Virus record (IMG/VR): IMGVR_UViG_3300044646_001937
Coordinates: 140,455 to 204,454 of that record
Direction: 5' to 3' (one strand)
Length of the DNA: 64,000 nt
Shown here: in pieces, positions 1 through 8,700 of the stretch
How positions within the stretch are numbered: position 1 is the stretch's first letter
Layout: each line of letters begins with the position of its first letter
The notes under the pieces: generated by a model
What the model was told of the DNA's origin: nothing
What the model saw: only the letters and a program-made list of their open reading frames with translations
The model's database searches: none
Translations under genes and position numbers: made by a program

Positions 1-1
1 A

Positions 2-697
2 CAGATATCTGAGACAGACAACTTTTCAGATATTTTGAGAGAGAAGACAAATCTAGGAGATGTCTTTTTCACAGTAGATGATTTTAAATTGAAACAGTCT
101 GCTGGAGGCTTCTACTACTATCGCATACAGCTAACAACTGGTGACGGTAAGAAATATAGCTCACAGCCGATAATGTTTGGTTATAGTATTCAAGAGCAGA
201 GAAAGTATGCGATGGCCGCAGACGGTATTCGTAAAGAAATCCTATTGTGTAGATATGCAGGCACACAGGCTTGGCTATTACGCAGAAAGACATACAGCGC
301 AGCTACCACAGTAACATCCAAGAACATAGACCCTGTGTCAGGAGTACCCATAACAGATACACAGCATGAAGATTATGGTGTAGGTATAGATGGAGGATAT
401 TTTGATCCTGTGCCCTGCATGTACCATATAGAATCTAGCAGCCAAGATAAACAGCTATCCCCTGACGGTATAGGTGTAAAAGAAACATACGCCTTTAACG
501 TCAGAGCTCCGGGCTATCCTTTGTTTGAGATAAGAGATGTGTTGTGTGATATTAACGGAGGGCTTAGATATAGCATACAAGCCAGAAACTCTAAAAACTT
601 CCCAGGAACGAGTATCACATTGTTTCAAAAAGCCACACTCATGCAGATCCCAAGTACAGACACAATCTACTCAATTCCAATACCTGTAACCGTATAG
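2..697 (+). CDS. 5'-truncated virion protein, probably neck/head-tail joining protein
   Basis: Frame is open from position 2, so the true start is left of the window. It lies two genes upstream of the sheath, the usual neck position. Function is inferred from position only. Confidence 0.45.
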   Translation, partial: QISETDNFSDILREKTNLGDVFFTVDDFKLKQSAGGFYYYRIQLTTGDGKKYSSQPIMFGYSIQEQRKYAMAADGIRKEILLCRYAGTQAWLLRRKTYSAATTVTSKNIDPVSGVPITDTQHEDYGVGIDGGYFDPVPCMYHIESSSQDKQLSPDGIGVKETYAFNVRAPGYPLFEIRDVLCDINGGLRYSIQARNSKNFPGTSITLFQKATLMQIPSTDTIYSIPIPVTV

Positions 698-698
698 T

Positions 699-1397
699 AT
701 GAATACAGATAACACACAAGATTGTACAAATGATATAGGTTACGTAACAGCATACGACAGGGAAGTTTACGCTAAAGATGAACGCGTAATGGTACTGACC
801 CCATGGACAGTGCAAAACATTTGCTACGAAGTAATTAAAAACTATATGATTGAAAACCCTCCCCAAGATGAAGGGTATAAATTTGCTCAAAAATATAGTC
901 CTGATGATCTAGAGTCAGGAATATCTCTAGAGATAGCATATCATTATAAAGATGCTGTAGTTCAAAAACGCCCTGGCATATACGTATCCAGAGGCGAAAC
1001 CAATTTTGTATTTCCAACAATAAATCAGCTCATAGGTATAAACACAGCAGAATCAGAAAAGCAAAGATTTGCGATGCTTCAGATGCCTATAAATATTGCT
1101 GTAGTAGCTACAAACGTAGGTTTTGCAGAACAGTTGGCAGAGTATGTATTTAAAATTTTCCTAAGATATCAGGAGGTTATTAAACAGGACTTTTGCATTC
1201 GTCAATTTAAGCTGGCATCGCTAGGCGCTCCTCAGTTATACTTGGAAAGTAAAGATCATATCTTTGTAAACGTTACGCTTTTAGCTACATTTGATATGGG
1301 CGCATTGATTAAAGGAGATGATCTCAAGATTAAAACAATGTCTTATGCGATTTTTACAAGCTGTGTAGATCAACCACTATCAACTAATCTTTTGTAG
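699..1397 (+). CDS. Probable tail terminator / tail completion protein
   Basis: 232 aa directly before the sheath. The alpha/beta pattern (YxDxxxQKRPGIYVSRG, beta-rich C-terminal half) resembles phage tail-completion proteins; synteny. Confidence 0.45.
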   Translation: MNTDNTQDCTNDIGYVTAYDREVYAKDERVMVLTPWTVQNICYEVIKNYMIENPPQDEGYKFAQKYSPDDLESGISLEIAYHYKDAVVQKRPGIYVSRGETNFVFPTINQLIGINTAESEKQRFAMLQMPINIAVVATNVGFAEQLAEYVFKIFLRYQEVIKQDFCIRQFKLASLGAPQLYLESKDHIFVNVTLLATFDMGALIKGDDLKIKTMSYAIFTSCVDQPLSTNLL

Positions 1398-1489
1398 TAA
1401 ATTGTTTCAAAAATTATTGCATTACCCCTCAGTTTCAACTAAACTTAAACTAGTATAAATAAACATATACCGGAGAAATAACTAAACAT

Positions 1490-4315
1490 ATGTACATCAC
1501 ACCTAGAGTATTAATTCAGCAAGAATTCCTGCAGCTACCTGTCTACAGTGAATTTCCATTACCTGCTTTCATCATCGGTCCTAACTATTCGCTGCTACGC
1601 TACAGCGAACCCAATGAAAAGAACCACACCGCAGCAACTACTAAAGACGGCGTGTTACTGGCTACCGAAAACAATTATATTGCTGATGCAGATACTAGCT
1701 ATGATTTTCCTAATGTTCCTGCAGGCGGAAACATAGACCCTACATACACGAAAGTGTATGCTGAGTCTGTTGAAGCGCAATATTTCCCACTACTGTCTTT
1801 AGGTAGTGATTCGGGAGACGCCAATGTTGAGTTAGTACCCAGCGTTTCTGGCGGATACTACAGGAACAAGGTCAGGTTCACTAATCTTGTTATGAAGACC
1901 GCAAATAACTACGTCCGTAGCGAATTACTCTCAAATAGAGACGTTGCGGTGGGTGATGTTATCGAAATTTCCGATCTTGATAATCCTGGAGACACAGCAT
2001 CTGTCGTACGTGCAAAGATCAAAGCTATTGAACCTGAAACGTACATTATTAATGAAGATCTTGCCTCTTATGTCGAAGACATTTACAACAACGAATCTAA
2101 TACAGCTAACCAGAGCCAAGACTATGGGCTTTCTGGATCTGCCACTGGCGTTACAGTAGACGTGAACGAAGACTTTGCATATATCGGATATGCAGGGAGA
2201 AAGATTGTTACAGATACCTACACAGTCACAGTAACTGTAGGCGGAAGTCTTACTGCAGCAAGGTTCTCGATTTCTTCAGATAATGGGGCATTTAAAACAA
2301 AGACCAATGTAGCATTATCTGCAGGCGTTCTCACGCTAGACGACGCTTCAGGCAATAATGTTAAACTTGAGTTTTCACTCGCAGAAGGAGTGACATTCAC
2401 AGCCGCCACAGTGTGGACTTTGAACGTTGAAGCTGCAGTTACACAAGTCACTCCTACCGTTACAGGCACATACTCCGGAGAAGCAGACATAGTCTACACC
2501 CTCACGGTGGAGCGTGGTGGCGCATTCTATGATGGAACTAACTCTACAACCTGCGCTAGGATTTTGGTTAAATCTTCTATCGTAGACACCGCCTCGTTAA
2601 CTTTACCCAGGAAGGCTACACCTGTATTCCAATTGGGAGGCCTAGGCTTGTCGGCAGTGTTTTCTGCAGGTAGTGTTGGTGTCGGTACGGATTATGAAGG
2701 TCTTGTGGCAGGCGATGTGTACTATGTATCAGTTGTTGCAGCTAAGCACGGCGCAGTCACTATTGTGGAATTTGCTGAAACGTTACCTGATTCTTTATTT
2801 GACGCAGCAAATAAAACAGCCTCATTATTCTTGACTCAAAACTCAATACAATTGAATGAAGTTAAGAACACACTAACAGACACCAGAAACTGGACACAGG
2901 ACGAAGCTTACGTGACAGTAAACTCAGGCGCAACCACATCAGTCAGCTCTATTATCGTTGCAGGATCTCCTGCAGAATTACCTATCAAGAAAGCAAAATT
3001 GTTCATTGAATATAGAGCCTTGTTGCAAAACAATATTGTGGCAATTGACTCTGTGCGTAGTCAAGCAGATGTCCTTGCCAAACTTGGCACAATTCACCCT
3101 GACAACCCTCTTGCTCAGGGTGTAAATGACGCTGTCTTAAACGCAGCCAATCAGCTAGTGTACTTCATTGGTGTAGCTACAGATGATCTGGCTGGCTACC
3201 TAAACGCAATCAAAATCTCTGAAAAGAGCGACAAGGTTTACGGGTTTGTGCCACTTACCTTCGATCGCACAATTCAGGACGCTGTGGTTGCACACGTCAA
3301 CGCATACAGCACTAGAGAAGTTGGACGCTGGAGAGTTGCATGGCTTTCCGTACAGGACAATAAAGAGCGCATGATCTATGATAGCGCCGAATACACCGCC
3401 ACAGTTACCAACGACTTGCTCGGCAGAACAAGATTACTGACAATCGAAAATGCCAAGTTTATTGAGGATGGGGTACGCGCAAACGACTCAATCCGCATTA
3501 ATTTTAGCGCTACATCGGACGGCAAGTTAACCTATGATGAGTATATTGTTGACAGTGTACAGACCAATACTACACTGTTGTTGACCCATTCATTACCATA
3601 TGCAATTACACCGAGCGGTGGAGCAAAAGTTCAGGTTGTAAGAAACTACACCAAGAGTGAGCGTGCCTACAACCTAGCTAAGATAGGTGGAGACTATAAC
3701 AATAGACGCGTTCGTTGCGTATTCCCTGATACCTTTAAGTATAAGGGCGTTACGAAGCAAGGCTATTTCGCCGCTGCAGGCTTGGCAGGTCTCAGGTCTG
3801 GTGTTGTTCCTCACCAGGGCTTAACCAACTCCGAATATCTCGGAGCAGACGACCTTAGCAAGGTTGTTATTGATTTCTCTCAGGATGAGCTGAATGTTAT
3901 GGCTGAGCAGGGTATCTGGATCATTACACAGGAAGTTATTGGCTCAACTCCATATGTGAGGCATCAATTGACCACTGATGAGCGCAGCTTGAACACGTCG
4001 GAAGACTCTATCACTACGAACGTAGATAGTATTAGCTACGCTCTCAAGAAAGTCTTGTCACCGTTTATCGGTAGGTTCAATATTAATCCTGATAACGTGG
4101 CTGTTATTAGAGCTGCCGTCGTGGCAGAACTTACATTTAGGTCATCCAACACATACACTGCCCGCGCAGGAAACCAGTTGGTGTCATTCACTCCAGCAAC
4201 CGACATCATCAAGCTTGAAGCAAATCCAACATTCAAGGACATGATTGATATTGAAGTGCGCTTGAATGTGCCTTACCCAATCAACTACATTAACCTGAAA
4301 TTGATTGTTGGCTAA
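1490..4315 (+). CDS. Contractile tail sheath protein
   Basis: 941 aa with a typical sheath C-terminus (AAAGLAGLRSGVVPHQGLTN...FSQDELNVMAEQGIWIITQ...VRHQLTTD...DSISY...IDIEVRLNVPYPINYINLKLIV). The beta-rich middle is consistent with inserted outer domains. Confidence 0.88.
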   Translation: MYITPRVLIQQEFLQLPVYSEFPLPAFIIGPNYSLLRYSEPNEKNHTAATTKDGVLLATENNYIADADTSYDFPNVPAGGNIDPTYTKVYAESVEAQYFPLLSLGSDSGDANVELVPSVSGGYYRNKVRFTNLVMKTANNYVRSELLSNRDVAVGDVIEISDLDNPGDTASVVRAKIKAIEPETYIINEDLASYVEDIYNNESNTANQSQDYGLSGSATGVTVDVNEDFAYIGYAGRKIVTDTYTVTVTVGGSLTAARFSISSDNGAFKTKTNVALSAGVLTLDDASGNNVKLEFSLAEGVTFTAATVWTLNVEAAVTQVTPTVTGTYSGEADIVYTLTVERGGAFYDGTNSTTCARILVKSSIVDTASLTLPRKATPVFQLGGLGLSAVFSAGSVGVGTDYEGLVAGDVYYVSVVAAKHGAVTIVEFAETLPDSLFDAANKTASLFLTQNSIQLNEVKNTLTDTRNWTQDEAYVTVNSGATTSVSSIIVAGSPAELPIKKAKLFIEYRALLQNNIVAIDSVRSQADVLAKLGTIHPDNPLAQGVNDAVLNAANQLVYFIGVATDDLAGYLNAIKISEKSDKVYGFVPLTFDRTIQDAVVAHVNAYSTREVGRWRVAWLSVQDNKERMIYDSAEYTATVTNDLLGRTRLLTIENAKFIEDGVRANDSIRINFSATSDGKLTYDEYIVDSVQTNTTLLLTHSLPYAITPSGGAKVQVVRNYTKSERAYNLAKIGGDYNNRRVRCVFPDTFKYKGVTKQGYFAAAGLAGLRSGVVPHQGLTNSEYLGADDLSKVVIDFSQDELNVMAEQGIWIITQEVIGSTPYVRHQLTTDERSLNTSEDSITTNVDSISYALKKVLSPFIGRFNINPDNVAVIRAAVVAELTFRSSNTYTARAGNQLVSFTPATDIIKLEANPTFKDMIDIEVRLNVPYPINYINLKLIVG

Positions 4316-4321
4316 CCTATC

Positions 4322-4561
4322 ATGACTTCGTTTGAAGTAGGATTCATTAAATACGCTGAAGAATGTGGGTTATCCAATGAAAGGATAGCCCACATTCTTA
4401 AAAGAGCCGCAGATTATCCTGAAGTATCCAGCTTATTCAAACAACTTCCAGAAGCAGAAGAAGAATCTCCAGAGCATCTCGACGATATGAATAATCTTAT
4501 GCAGCAGGATTTAATCGACAGACAAATGCTTGAAGACGCACAAAAACTGAAAATGCAATGA
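4322..4561 (+). CDS. Hypothetical protein (79 aa, acidic C-terminal half)
   Basis: ATG 6 nt after the sheath stop; ATGA overlap with the next ORF. Confidence 0.65.
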   Translation: MTSFEVGFIKYAEECGLSNERIAHILKRAADYPEVSSLFKQLPEAEEESPEHLDDMNNLMQQDLIDRQMLEDAQKLKMQ

Positions 4562-4761
4562 AAGTTGTAGTAACAGGAGATTTTAGAGAACCTACATTAT
4601 TAAATACAGATAAAGCTACAGGTGTACTAATATATTCTGATGACGGTAGACCTAACGTAATATTCAGGATGATTGGTAACGGTAAAGGATGGATCAGATA
4701 CACTAAAGGAGAAGATGCAAATTTTGATGAAATTGCACAATCTCTAGGCCTCATAAAATAA
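4558..4761 (+). CDS. Hypothetical protein (67 aa)
   Basis: ATGA-coupled to the upstream ORF; globular-looking composition. Confidence 0.6.
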   Translation: MKVVVTGDFREPTLLNTDKATGVLIYSDDGRPNVIFRMIGNGKGWIRYTKGEDANFDEIAQSLGLIK

Positions 4762-4773
4762 GACAATCAACGC

Positions 4774-4802
4774 TTGCGATAACTCTACAAATTAGCTATA
4801 AT
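4774..4802 (+). promoter_or_regulatory. Sigma-70-type promoter for the tail tube gene
   Basis: TTGCGA (4774-4779), 17-nt spacer, TATAAT (4797-4802), in the intergenic gap 29 nt before the ATG at 4832. Confidence 0.65.
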
Positions 4803-4831
4803 AATAACAGAAACAATTAACTTAAAAATAT

Positions 4832-5254
4832 ATGGCAGACTTATTTCAATTTGAAACACCAGCAGCAAGAGCTCCATTAACAGCCGACAAGGCCACCATC
4901 CAGTGGGGTGGAGTTATTGCAGGCGCGATTCAGGTAAGCATCACCTATGCACAGCAGATTAACCGTCGCCGCACAATTGGCAACAAGTCCGCAGCAATCT
5001 GGGGATCCCAGCCCAGCGGACAGGTTAACATCCAAAGACTTCTAACCTCCGACGCTGGAGCACTCACCAGCGCCCCAGGCTGGAGCGGCTGTAACCCAGG
5101 CACAGTAACCCTGTCACTTGGCGGATGCGCTGGCGGAGGCCCAACCTACACAGCTACCAGTGCAGTTGTTTCTCAATTCTCAGTGTCCGCTGAAGCAGAA
5201 AGCCTCACAGTCATGGACAATGTGGTGATCGAGTTCATGCAGTTGTCTGCTTAA
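4832..5254 (+). CDS. Tail tube protein
   Basis: 140 aa, beta-rich, after the sheath, with its own promoter and a 3' hairpin. Strong C-ending codon bias suggests a highly expressed gene. Size fits Hcp/tube-fold proteins. Confidence 0.7.
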   Translation: MADLFQFETPAARAPLTADKATIQWGGVIAGAIQVSITYAQQINRRRTIGNKSAAIWGSQPSGQVNIQRLLTSDAGALTSAPGWSGCNPGTVTLSLGGCAGGGPTYTATSAVVSQFSVSAEAESLTVMDNVVIEFMQLSA

Positions 5255-5275
5255 TTATATTAAACTGCTTGCTTA

Positions 5276-5314
5276 TTTGAGCCTCTGTCTTATATATTAA
5301 GGCAGAGGCTCAAA
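5276..5314 (+). terminator. Stem-loop after the tube gene (terminator or mRNA-stabilising hairpin)
   Basis: TTTGAGCCTCTGTCTTA-tatat-TAAGGCAGAGGCTCAAA: 17-bp stem with one G-U pair. The U-tract is weak. Confidence 0.65.
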
Positions 5315-5348
5315 CTATTTATGCTGTGAGCTATAAAATAAAACACAC

Positions 5349-7844
5349 ATGAGTATCAGGCAAAACCCATTACCTTCAGATCATCCAAATTTTAATACTC
5401 CGTCTAAAGTATTTGTAGGTGAAATCATTACATCATGCTCAGGCTCGCACGCCATCACAGTAGCAAGATCTAAGCACGGCGGAGCAAAATCAGCCGACGG
5501 CGGATACATGATGCAGGGAACATTGGCCACGTCAGTAATGGCTTCTATATTTGGATTTAGAGAGTCAGCACCTCCACAACCAGGAACACAGGTTGTATGC
5601 TTAGAAGAGTCTGCAAGTCATTGCTATATTTTAGGTATGCTACCCAAGCAAAACCCCAACCTGGACAATATGCCCAATAGGGCCGCTCTTGGGGCAGGTA
5701 ACGCCCTAGAAGACAGCGCCAATAGGAAGGGACATGAAAAATATACACCAAGGATATATGACAACAGAAGACCTACAGACGCGGTAGATGGTGAGCATGT
5801 TGTCAGTAATGAGTTTGGGGTTTTGCTTGGGCTGTATCAGCAGTTAGCTAATCTGAAAGCATCAGAGCTAGCGCAAGTGCAGTGCTTCCTTTTGGATGAT
5901 CTTGTGCGTGTGATCAGTCATAATTTTCAACACTATACAGCTCTTGGCGAATATAATATATATCATGACGGTAAAGCATTAATGGCCGAATTTGGAGCCA
6001 CACACAAGACCTCAGAAGCATATGGAAAACCCGCTGTAAACTCAGACTCCTCTTCTGCAACATTCACGAAAACAGGAACGCATACTGCAGATGATGAAAA
6101 TGACTTTTATAAAATCTCAGGAGATGAGCGAATAAAAGCAATTGAGCGCTTTAAATGGTTTCTTGGTACTGTGGGAGATTTTTTGCATGTATTCATGGTT
6201 AGACCTGATCCGCAAGAATCAAGAGTTTTAGATCCGACTAAAAAACCAAACAAACCAGACACAGGGTTATGTGATTTGCATATAGGTACTGACGGAGGAC
6301 TGCATTTACGTAGTGTAAAAGAAGTATTTATTGAAAAAACTAATTGGATTAGGGTACCGCTGAGAGTGGCTGCTCCGGATGATGAAGCTGGAGACGACGC
6401 AGCTAAAATAAAGTATAAAGAGAAAGAGCTTTTTAAGTTTGATAATGAAATTATTGCAACACATAACCCTATTAGGTACGCGTTACAGATAAGGGACTAT
6501 GTAGCTTATGTAAACGAGAAGCTTAATTATGAGAATTTTAAAAAACATGAAAAAGATTTTTATGTAAACGATGAATTAAGCAAAGAAGAAGCACTTAATA
6601 GGATAGGTAAAGTAGATCAAGAAACTTCTCTTAAGCTGAGCGATTATAAACTTAGAACTGCTGGAATATATCTAATGCCAAATGGAGGCATAACAATTAG
6701 AGATGCATGGAATTCAGCAATAATTATGGAGGGTGGTAACGTTTATATACAGCCAGCAAAAGATCTTATAACTCAACCTTTAAGAAGTATGGTTGTAAAG
6801 GCAGGCAAAAACATAAACATGTCTTGCCGCAAACATATAGATCTCTCCTCAAGCGATGAAGGAATGAGAATCAAGACACACAAGTCTCAATATCTATATA
6901 GTCATGAAGGAGGCGTTATTCTTGAAGCAAATGCTGAAAAAGACGTAGCCTATGCGCCTATACCCTCAAAAGGCGCCTTACAGCAAGTTGGAGGAATCGT
7001 ACTTAAATCTAGTTTGGGTATATACAACTATGCTGAAAAAAACATAGTGAACTTTGCTAAAGGAAAAATGCTGCTCCAGTCCTTAGACAATATGGATATC
7101 ACTGCAGGTTTTGAGGATGATAAAGCCAACAAAACCGCTAATAAGCCCATCAAACCCAAAAAAAATAACTCTAAGGAATCTTTAGCTACAGACAAAAAAG
7201 ATGAATCTTCAACTACAAACAAAAAAGCCGCAACTCGAAAAAAACAAGCAAGCATCACAGTATATAGCCAGAACAATATGACAGTTCTGGCGGACAAGTC
7301 TATGCTCCTACACTCAAAGGAATTAGCCACCATGGTATCAGACAAGCAAATGATATTGGCCGGCGCAGCCGCAACACTGCTTGGAGAGAAAGGCGATTCA
7401 ATTTCTACTGAAGGCGTTATAGAAACTGAAAAGATGGTAAAAGATATATTTAAAAAACCAAGAGAGATTAAAAAAGAATTACTCAAACAAACAGTATTTG
7501 AAAAAGCCACTAATTTTGAAGCACTAGAGTTTAAGTTTCTTAACTCTAAAGAATACGGTAGTGACATAGACAAAGAAAAAGACCCGTTTCCTATTACATT
7601 AGCGCAGCAGGATAATTTGTTGACAAACTTATATAAACTAGAAGAATGGAAAGAGGAAAAGATTAACGAGTCATATCCGTATCCTGGTAAAGATTTGTTT
7701 GAAAAGTTTTATTATATTACTCAAAAACCTAACAATTTACAGAAGCATCCCATTGATAAAGATTCACATAGTAAAGCAGACCCGCAGAATATTCCCGCAA
7801 CTATAACCCTGACATCACTAAGCAAATACAAAGTATTAAAATAA
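5349..7844 (+). CDS. Baseplate hub/central spike protein (gp5/VgrG-like)
   Basis: 831 aa. The N-terminal OB-fold-like part (PQPGTQVVC...YILG) is followed by repetitive short beta-strand segments (GGITIRDAWNSAIIMEGGNVYIQPAKDL...) typical of gp5/VgrG beta-helices. Confidence 0.65.
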   Translation: MSIRQNPLPSDHPNFNTPSKVFVGEIITSCSGSHAITVARSKHGGAKSADGGYMMQGTLATSVMASIFGFRESAPPQPGTQVVCLEESASHCYILGMLPKQNPNLDNMPNRAALGAGNALEDSANRKGHEKYTPRIYDNRRPTDAVDGEHVVSNEFGVLLGLYQQLANLKASELAQVQCFLLDDLVRVISHNFQHYTALGEYNIYHDGKALMAEFGATHKTSEAYGKPAVNSDSSSATFTKTGTHTADDENDFYKISGDERIKAIERFKWFLGTVGDFLHVFMVRPDPQESRVLDPTKKPNKPDTGLCDLHIGTDGGLHLRSVKEVFIEKTNWIRVPLRVAAPDDEAGDDAAKIKYKEKELFKFDNEIIATHNPIRYALQIRDYVAYVNEKLNYENFKKHEKDFYVNDELSKEEALNRIGKVDQETSLKLSDYKLRTAGIYLMPNGGITIRDAWNSAIIMEGGNVYIQPAKDLITQPLRSMVVKAGKNINMSCRKHIDLSSSDEGMRIKTHKSQYLYSHEGGVILEANAEKDVAYAPIPSKGALQQVGGIVLKSSLGIYNYAEKNIVNFAKGKMLLQSLDNMDITAGFEDDKANKTANKPIKPKKNNSKESLATDKKDESSTTNKKAATRKKQASITVYSQNNMTVLADKSMLLHSKELATMVSDKQMILAGAAATLLGEKGDSISTEGVIETEKMVKDIFKKPREIKKELLKQTVFEKATNFEALEFKFLNSKEYGSDIDKEKDPFPITLAQQDNLLTNLYKLEEWKEEKINESYPYPGKDLFEKFYYITQKPNNLQKHPIDKDSHSKADPQNIPATITLTSLSKYKVLK

Positions 7845-7849
7845 ATTAT

Positions 7850-8365
7850 ATGGAACCTCCACAACCCTTCAACACGTCAATTGAAATGAATAACGAAAAG
7901 CCTAAAAATTTGGAAATTACAGATAAAGAAAAAGAGCGGTTTTTCAAAAGTATTCTAGCCGATAAGCCCCACGAAGAAACTGTAACTTTGTTTGACAATA
8001 AATTAAGTGTAACCTTCAGATCGCTTACCGTCCAAGAAAACACTGACGTCGTTAATCAAATTATTAGAGATAAGGAAAACGGCATCGCTGTAGACAACGA
8101 TACATATTACATAACCATATCAGTATATCGTTTGGCACTATCCATGGTATCTGTAGACGGCAACACCTTTAGTTCAATAGTTAAGGAAGGGTTTTCGCCA
8201 TCGTTTGAAAAAGATACGTATGTACTAGCTAGGTCTAGACCAATTCTTGCCTGGGGTACTCCAAAACTATCGGTGTTTCTTGATGCGTTTCAAACATTTG
8301 AAAACAAAGCAATCAAGCTAGCCAGCGAGGTTCAAAACGCAAATTTTTGGAAAGCCAGCACGTAA
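7850..8365 (+). CDS. Tail assembly chaperone (gpG-like; short product)
   Basis: 171 aa upstream of the tape measure; VTFRSLTVQENTDV motif like myovirus chaperones; slippery site at its 3' end. Confidence 0.75.
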   Translation: MEPPQPFNTSIEMNNEKPKNLEITDKEKERFFKSILADKPHEETVTLFDNKLSVTFRSLTVQENTDVVNQIIRDKENGIAVDNDTYYITISVYRLALSMVSVDGNTFSSIVKEGFSPSFEKDTYVLARSRPILAWGTPKLSVFLDAFQTFENKAIKLASEVQNANFWKAST

Positions 8366-8400
8366 AATTGCTAACTTCAGGCTATTTACGTGGCTGGCTT
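8341..8400 (+). other. Programmed -1 ribosomal frameshift signal (slippery heptamer + stem-loop)
   Basis: A AAT TTT (8341-8347) in the 0 frame matches X XXY YYZ. A 15-bp stem (8352-8366 with 8385-8400, one bulged G) follows, and the -1 frame continues into ORF 8347-8697. Confidence 0.85.
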
Positions 8401-8697
8401 AATTTTGACTACATGCTTCCTTCGTCAAGACTGAGGGAAGAAATCATCCTAGCGCATCTACAGGATGAGTATATCTATGAACTGTTGAAGAGTAGGCTTT
8501 TCATAGAGACAGTATTGAGGGCTACCTTGGACCAGCGTACATCCTCAACGCTTGATCCTATATTTGAAGTATCTAGGCAGTTGATTGGATTAAAATTGCC
8601 TTCAGCTCTTCCAAAAGATACAATAAAAGAAGAAAAGTTATCAAAAAATGACCTTAAAGAATGGAAAGAGTTTCTAGATAAAGTAAACAAGAAGTAG
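8347..8697 (+). CDS. C-terminal extension of the tail assembly chaperone (gpT-like; makes a ~282-aa G-T fusion)
   Basis: -1 frame relative to 7850-8365, only a TTG start with no RBS, and it ends 3 nt before the tape measure ATG. Confidence 0.75.
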   Translation: MESQHVKLLTSGYLRGWLNFDYMLPSSRLREEIILAHLQDEYIYELLKSRLFIETVLRATLDQRTSSTLDPIFEVSRQLIGLKLPSALPKDTIKEEKLSKNDLKEWKEFLDKVNKK

Positions 8698-8700
8698 TAT

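Noticed and set aside
1454-1461. Exact T4 late promoter TATAAATA before the sheath gene
   Set aside because: It is a single match in AT-rich DNA and there is no gp55-like gene in the window. Other promoters look sigma-70-like. It may still be a real -10 element.
4322-4375. GFIKYA / KxA motif as a prohead-protease processing signal
   Set aside because: Too short and common to support from this window alone; no protease or capsid gene is present for comparison.
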